A DNA stretch of 64,000 nucleotides from NCBI RefSeq assembly GCF_030028105.1, contig NC_092379.1:20251309-20315308 (forward strand). Direction: 5' to 3'. Below, piece after piece: positions 57,930 to 64,000 of the stretch. The DNA is from Mobula birostris (lineage: Eukaryota). The notes under the pieces were generated by a model. It ran no database searches and was not told the DNA's origin. It worked only from the letters and a program-made list of their open reading frames with translations. The number at the start of each line of letters is the position of its first letter. Position 1 is the stretch's first letter. A program made the position numbers and the translations under genes.

Positions 57930-60850
57930 CAGCTGACACTAAAACATATGGTATTGTAGGGAGTGAAGAAGGTTAGCAACAATTACAGTGGGATCTTGAT
58001 CAGCTGGGTAGGTAAGATGAGGAATTACAAATAGAGTAGAATTCAGATGAGGATGTCTCAGAGCAATTGCAGAACATTCTCGGTGAGGAGGGTGAGCAAA
58101 CAGAAGTGGTTGCACACATTGGCTCAAATGAGAATAGGAGGAAAAAATGGATGTACTGCTGTGCAGTGAATATAGAGAGAAAGAAAAGATGTTTAAATGT
58201 AAGACCCCAACAGTGATAATATCTGGATTACTCCCAGTACCATGTGCAGGTGAAGTTGAAAATTGAACATATAGATTAGTACATTGCTGAAACCTTGCAC
58301 AGGGAGCAGGAATTCAGTTCAGTTCAGCAATTCAAAGGTTACAATTAAAAATAAAATGTTGGGAATTATAGATGAGTAAATCCAATATCTATGGTAGGAA
58401 GCTAATATAACAGAGCAAAAGTTGGTGAGAAATTAGAATGGGAAGATTTTAAAAACATCAGAAGGCAATTTACAAAAACAAAGAGGCAAAACATCGAATA
58501 CAGAAGTAAGTTAGCCAATAATATTGAAGAGGATACCAAAAGATTCTACAGATACATAAAGTGTAAAAGAGAGGCGAGAATGGATATTAGACCACTGGAA
58601 AACATTGCTGGAGACATAGTAATCAGGGACAAAGAAATGATGGACAAACTGAACAAGTATTTTCCATCAGTCTTCACTGTGGAAGGCACGAGCAGTATGG
58701 TGGAACTTCGAGAGTGTTGGGGGCAGGAGTGGGTGATGCTCCTGCTACTTGGCTGAAGAGACTGTGGAGGCATTAGTAATGATCTTTCACGAATCAATAG
58801 ATTCTGGAATAATTCTGGAAGAATGGAAATTTCCAAATGTCACTCCACTTTTCAAGAAGGAAAGAGGCAGAAGAAAGGAAATTGTAGGCCAGCTATTCTG
58901 ACCTCAGAGGTTGGGAAGAAGTTGGAGTCGATTGCTAAGGTTGTGGTTTCCAGCTACTTGGAGGCACTTGATAAAATAGGCTGTAGTCAGCATGGTTTTC
59001 TCAAGGAACACCTTGCCATAGAAATTAGTTGGAATTCTTTGAAGAAATATCAAGTAGAATAGACAAAGAAGAATTGGTGGATATTGTGTACTTGGATTTT
59101 CAGAAGGCCTTTGACAAGTTGCTACACATGAGGCTGCTTAACAAGTTACGCAATCAAGATATTACAGCAAAGACACTGGCATGGATAAAGTGGCTGATTG
59201 ACATGAGGTAAAGAATGGGAATAAAGGGAGCCTTTTCTGTTTGGCTGCCGATGACTGGTGGTGGGATTGCTCCCTTTAACATGAAATGTCAGAGTCTTGG
59301 ACGACAGGATTGATGGCTTTGTTGCAATGTTTGCACATGATACAAGATGGGTGGAGGGGCAGGTAGTTTTGAGGAAGTAGAGAGGCTACAGAAGGACGAA
59401 GCCAGATTGGCAGAATGGGCAATGAACTGGCAGATGGAATACAATGTTCGGAATTGTACGCTCATGCACTTTGGTAGAAGAAATAAAAGGACAGACAAGT
59501 TTCTAAATGGACAGAAAATTCAAAAATCTGAGGTGCAAATGAACTTGGGAGTCATTGTGTGGGCTTCCCTAAAGGTTAATTTGCAGGTTGAGTGGGTGAT
59601 GAGGAAGGCAAAAGTGATGTCAGCATTCATTTGAAGAGGACTACAAGATAAAAGCAAGGATGTAATGTTGAAGCTTTACAAAGCACTGGCGAGGCCTAAC
59701 GGAGTACTGTGAGCAATTTTGGGCCCCTTATCTGAGAAAAAATGTGCTGACATAGTGGAGAGTTCAAAGGAGATTCTCAAAAATGATTCTGGGATTGAAA
59801 GGCTCGTCACATGATGAGCATTTCACGTGCTCACTGGAATTCAGAAGAATGAGGGGTGACCTTATTGAAACCGATCAAATGTTGAAAAGCCATGTTAAGA
59901 GTGGATGTGGAGAGGATGTTTCCCATGACCGGAGAGTCTAACACCAGATGACACAGCCTCAGAAAATAGGGGTTTATTTTAGAAGATGAATTCACTGCCA
60001 CAGGCGGCTGCGGAGGCCAAGTCTCGGCATATTCAAGGTAGAGGTTGATAGATTCTTGATTAATCAGGGTATGAAGAGATATGGGTAGCAGACAGACAAT
60101 TGGGGCTGAGAGAGAAAATGGATCAGCCATGATAAAATGGCAAAACAGACTCGATGGGCCAAATGGCCTTGGGGTAGATTAGGATTAGTGAGCAAGGCTC
60201 TGTGTGTGAGAGATTATGTCTCATGGATTTCCTCTGTTTAGTCCTGCTCCACCTTCCATAAGACCAAAAGGTTTCTCTCTTTCTGTTCCCATTAGTTCAT
60301 TCCTCATCTATTAGGGCATAGTAGTTTAGTAGGAATGGCCCCAGGGGCACTCTGTGAGGGATGTGGGAAGTCTAGGAGACTCCAGCCTCCCAGGTGAACA
60401 CATCTGCTCCAGGTGCACCGAGTTGCAGCAACTGAGAGAATGTATTGAGGAATTAGAGCTGCAGCTCGATGACCTTCAACTCATACAGGAGAATGAGGAG
60501 GTAATCGACAGGAGGTACAAGGAGGTAGTTACCCTTAGGTTGGGGAAGACAAATAACTGGGTGAATGGCAGGCAAAGAAGGGGAAATGGACAGCTTCTGC
60601 AGAGAACACCTGTGGCTGTTCCCCTCAATAATAAGTATTTAACTTCAGATAATATTGGGGGGCTGATCTGCCAGTGGGGAGCCAGAGGGACCGGGTCTCT
60701 GGCACTGATCTGGTGATGAGGCGCAGAAAAGCAGGGAGGTGAAGAGGAATGCAGTGATGATAGGAGATTCCTCAGACAGCGGGACAGAGACAAGGTTCTG
60801 TGGGCACGATTGAACGCCCCAGGCTGCAACTATCAGGACTGCTATCATCC
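57930..60850 (+). mobile_element. Degraded CR1/HER1 fragments
   Basis: YLDFQKAFDKL, WQMEYNV and ORF1 CSRC..LELQLDDL motifs. Confidence 0.8.
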
Positions 60851-60944
60851 AGTACCATCCAGTATCGGGAGGACTGTGATGGTAGCAGTCACTACTTCCG
60901 ATCCCATTGATTCATCGGTCAGTTCAATATCCGGAATCAGAATT

Positions 60945-61620
60945 AGAATCAGGTTTATTATCACCGGCATGTGTCGTGAAATTTATTGACTTAGCAGCAG
61001 CAGCAATTCAATGCAATACATAATATAAAAGAAAAAATAAATACTTTATACTTTATTGTCACCAAACAATTGATACTAGAACACACAATCATCACAGTGA
61101 TATTTGATTCTGCATTTTCCACTCCCTGGAGTACAAATTGATAGTAAATATTAAAAATTTAAATTATAAATCATAAATAGAAAATAGAAAATGGAAAGTA
61201 AGGTAGTGCAAAAAATCCGAGAGGCAGGACCGGATATTTGGAGGGTACGGCCCAGATCCGGGCCGTAATAAATAAATAAATTTCAGGGTATGTATATTGA
61301 ATAGATTAAAAATTATGCAAAAACAGAAATAATATATATCAAACAAGTGAGGGAGTGTTCGAGGGTTCAATGTCCATTTAGGAATTGGATGGTAGAGGAG
61401 AAGAAGCTGTTCCTGAATCGCTGAGTGTGAGCCTTCAGGCTTCTGTACCTCCCACTGATGGTAAAAGTGAGAAAAGGGAATGCCCTGGGTGCTGGGTGTC
61501 CTTAATAATGGACGCCGTCTTTCTGAGACACCACACCTTGAAGATGTTCTGGGTACATTGTAGGCTCATACCCAAGTTGGAGGCAACTAAATTGACGACC
61601 CTTCTTTCAGTCCTGTGCAG
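60945..61620 (-). mobile_element. Nested Rex1-type 3' fragments
   Basis: 61045-61265 is the reverse complement of the 3' UTR at about 49140-49380; minus ORF CLRKTASIIKDTQHPGHSLFSLLPS. Confidence 0.75.
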
Positions 61621-61627
61621 TTTGTCG

Positions 61628-62272
61628 AAGATGGCGCCGGTAACTGGCAACTTTGCGTCAGCTCTCCCGAGCAAACTGCCCTCTCCACTGTCCTGTAACC
61701 GAGAAACTAAAACTCCAATTTATAAAGATAAAGCTCAACAGCACTCTGGCGAAGCTACTGACCCAGCTGGAGACCACCGCGCCATAACTGCTTCTTAAAC
61801 TCCGGACTGCACCTGGACCCGACCAACGTTCCCGGAGACCCGCGGTCTGCTACCGTGCCGGAGCGCTTGGAGACACGGCCCATTCCGACCAGCACCTCTC
61901 CGGAGCAGACGACCACACAGAAGTGACGGCGGGGACCTCAAGGTGCTGCAGACGCTTCCCCAGAGCGACCACCGTAAAGCTCCATTGGTGGTCACCCACA
62001 GCTGCTGGAAGATGAGACCTCCACCGCCAACTTCAGAAGTTGAGCCCGAGGCTCGGCTGGAGTGGAGGCCTCCGCAACCGTGACTCAGTTTACAGACTTG
62101 CTTGAGCCAGGAGCCCGGCCATCCAGGATTAAGTGTCGGCTTCGGGGTCCGACCCAATCGACAGCCCTGGCCCCCGGCAGCTGGAAGTGGCAGCGAAGCC
62201 TCCCCAACTCAGCTCGACCCAGACTGTCCAACGACGCGACCAGCCAATCGATCCCCGCGGGATGCCTCCACC
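61628..62272 (+). mobile_element. 5' region of the Rex1-type family (paralog of 45688-46333)
   Basis: Colinear with 45688-46333 starting from AAGATGG(C/T)G. Confidence 0.85.
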
Positions 62273-64000
62273 TAATCTCGGGATTACTGCCTGTGCCACG
62301 CGACAGTGAGAGTAGGAATGCGATGAGGTGGAGGATAAATGCGTGGCTGAGGGATTGGAGCAGGGGGCAGGGATTCAAGTTTTTGGATCATTGGGACCTC
62401 TTTTGGCGCAGGCGTGACCTGTACAAAAAGGACGGGTTGCACTTGAATCCTAGGGGGACCAATATCCTGGCAGGGAGATTAGCGGGGTCTACTGAGGTGA
62501 CTTTAAACTAGAATGGTTGGGGGGTGGGAATCAAATTAAAGAGGCTAGGCGTGAGGAGGTTAGTTCAGTACAAGGGGATGGGAACCAGTGCAGAGAGGCA
62601 GAGGGGTGTAAAGTGAGGGTAGAAACAAAAAGTACTATGGAGAAAAGTAAAAGTGGCAGGCCGACAAATCCAGGGCAAGCATTAAAAAGGGCCACTTTTC
62701 AGCATAATTGTATAAGGGCTAAGAGAGTTGTAAAAGAGCGCCTGAAGGCTTTGTGTGTCAATGCAAGGAGCATTCGTAATAAGGTGGATGAATTGAAAGT
62801 GCAGATTGTTATTAATGATTATGATATAGTTGGGATCACAGAGACATGGTTCCAGGGTGACCAGGGATGGGAGCTCAACGTTCAGAGATATTCAATATTC
62901 AGGAGGGATAGAAATGAAGGAAGGGGAGGTGGGGTGGTGTTGCTAGTCAAAGAAGAGATTAACACAATAGAAAGGAAGGACATAAGCCGGGAAGATGTGG
63001 ACTCGATATGGGTAGAGCTGCGTAACACTAAGGGGCGGAAGACGCTGGTGGGAGTTGTGTACAGGCCACCTAACAGTAGTAGTGAGGTCGGAGATGGTAT
63101 TAAACAGGAAATTAGAAATGTGTGCAATAAAGGAACAGCAGTTATAATGGGTGACTTCAATCTACATGTAGATTGGGTGAACCAAATTGGTAAAGGTGCT
63201 GAGGAAGAGGATTTCTTGGAATGTATGCGGGATGGTTTTTTGAACCAACATGTCGAGGAACCGACTAGACAGCAGGCTATTCTGGACTGGGTTTTGAGCA
63301 ATGAGGAAGGGTTAATTAGCAATCTTGTCGTGAGAGGCCCCTTGGGTAAGAGTGACCATAATATGGTGGAATTCTTCATTAAGATGGAGAGTGACATAGT
63401 TAATTCAGAAACAAAGGTTCTGAACTTAAAGAGGGGTAACTTTGAAGGTATGAGACGTGAATAAGATAGACTGGCAAATGACACTTCAAGGATTGATGGT
63501 GGATATGCAATGGCAAGCATTTAAAGGTTGCATGGATGAACTGCAACAAATGTTCATCCCAGTTTGGCAAAAGAATAAATCAAGGAAGGCAGTGCACCCG
63601 TGGCTGACAAGAGAAATTAGGGATAGTATCAATTCCAAAGAAGAAGCATACAAATTAGCCAGAGAAAGTGGCTCACCTGAGGACTGGGAGAAATTCAGAT
63701 TTCAGCAGAGGAGGACAAAGGGCTTAATTAGGAAGGGGAAAAAAGATTATGAGAGAAAACTGGCAGGCAACATAAAAACGGACTGTAAAAGCTTTTATAG
63801 ATATGTAAAAAGGAAAAGACTGGTAAAAACAAATGTAGGTCCCCTGCAGACAGAAACAGGTGAATTGATTATGGGAAGCAAGGACATGGCAGACCAATTG
63901 AATAATTACTTTGGTTCTGTCTTCACTAAGGAGGACATAAATAATCTTCCAGAAATAGTAGGGGACAGAGGGTCCAGTGAGATGGAGGAACTGAGCGAAA
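62273..64000 (+). mobile_element. Young CR1/HER1 copy (5'-truncated in ORF1; runs off the window)
   Basis: Highly similar to 38185 onward; ORF2 is open for 315 aa (62517-63464). Confidence 0.9.

Noticed and set aside
28080-64000. Numerous 60-200-aa ORFs as host genes
   Set aside because: They are LINE fragments or antisense shadows of LINE ORF2 (e.g. 40232-40750, 62882-63520), with no exon structure.

Overview
Eukaryotic genomic DNA from a cartilaginous fish (probably a ray; inferred from the IgW exons and the chondrichthyan-type repeats). The window holds one immunoglobulin heavy-chain minilocus of the IgW (IgX/omega) class on the + strand. Order: two tandem pseudo-V segments, each fused almost directly onto a 12/23-RSS D segment; a 12-RSS-fronted, apparently pre-joined D-J whose J has Cys in place of the conserved Trp; a dead CH1 (two stops, a frameshift and a SINE); intact CH2, the Cys-rich short secretory tail, CH3-CH6 with the long secretory tailpiece; then a second intact CH3'-CH4' pair downstream of the terminal secretory exon, a candidate extra secretory exon and TM1. 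A candidate TM2 lies about 27 kb further on, across an intron filled with nested retroelements (CR1/HER1, Rex1, Nimb/I-like, Gypsy, Penelope-like fragments with minimal hammerhead ribozyme motifs). The most notable combination is a selectively inactivated CH1, an in-frame 27-bp repeat at the CH2 acceptor that could encode a Pro/Ser/Thr-rich hinge, and the J Trp-to-Cys change. Together these resemble a heavy-chain-only design, but this is a hypothesis: both V segments in the window are frameshifted and no expression data are available. Exon and RSS coordinates were read by hand. Repeat-block boundaries are approximate and family names come from motif recognition, not database searches.
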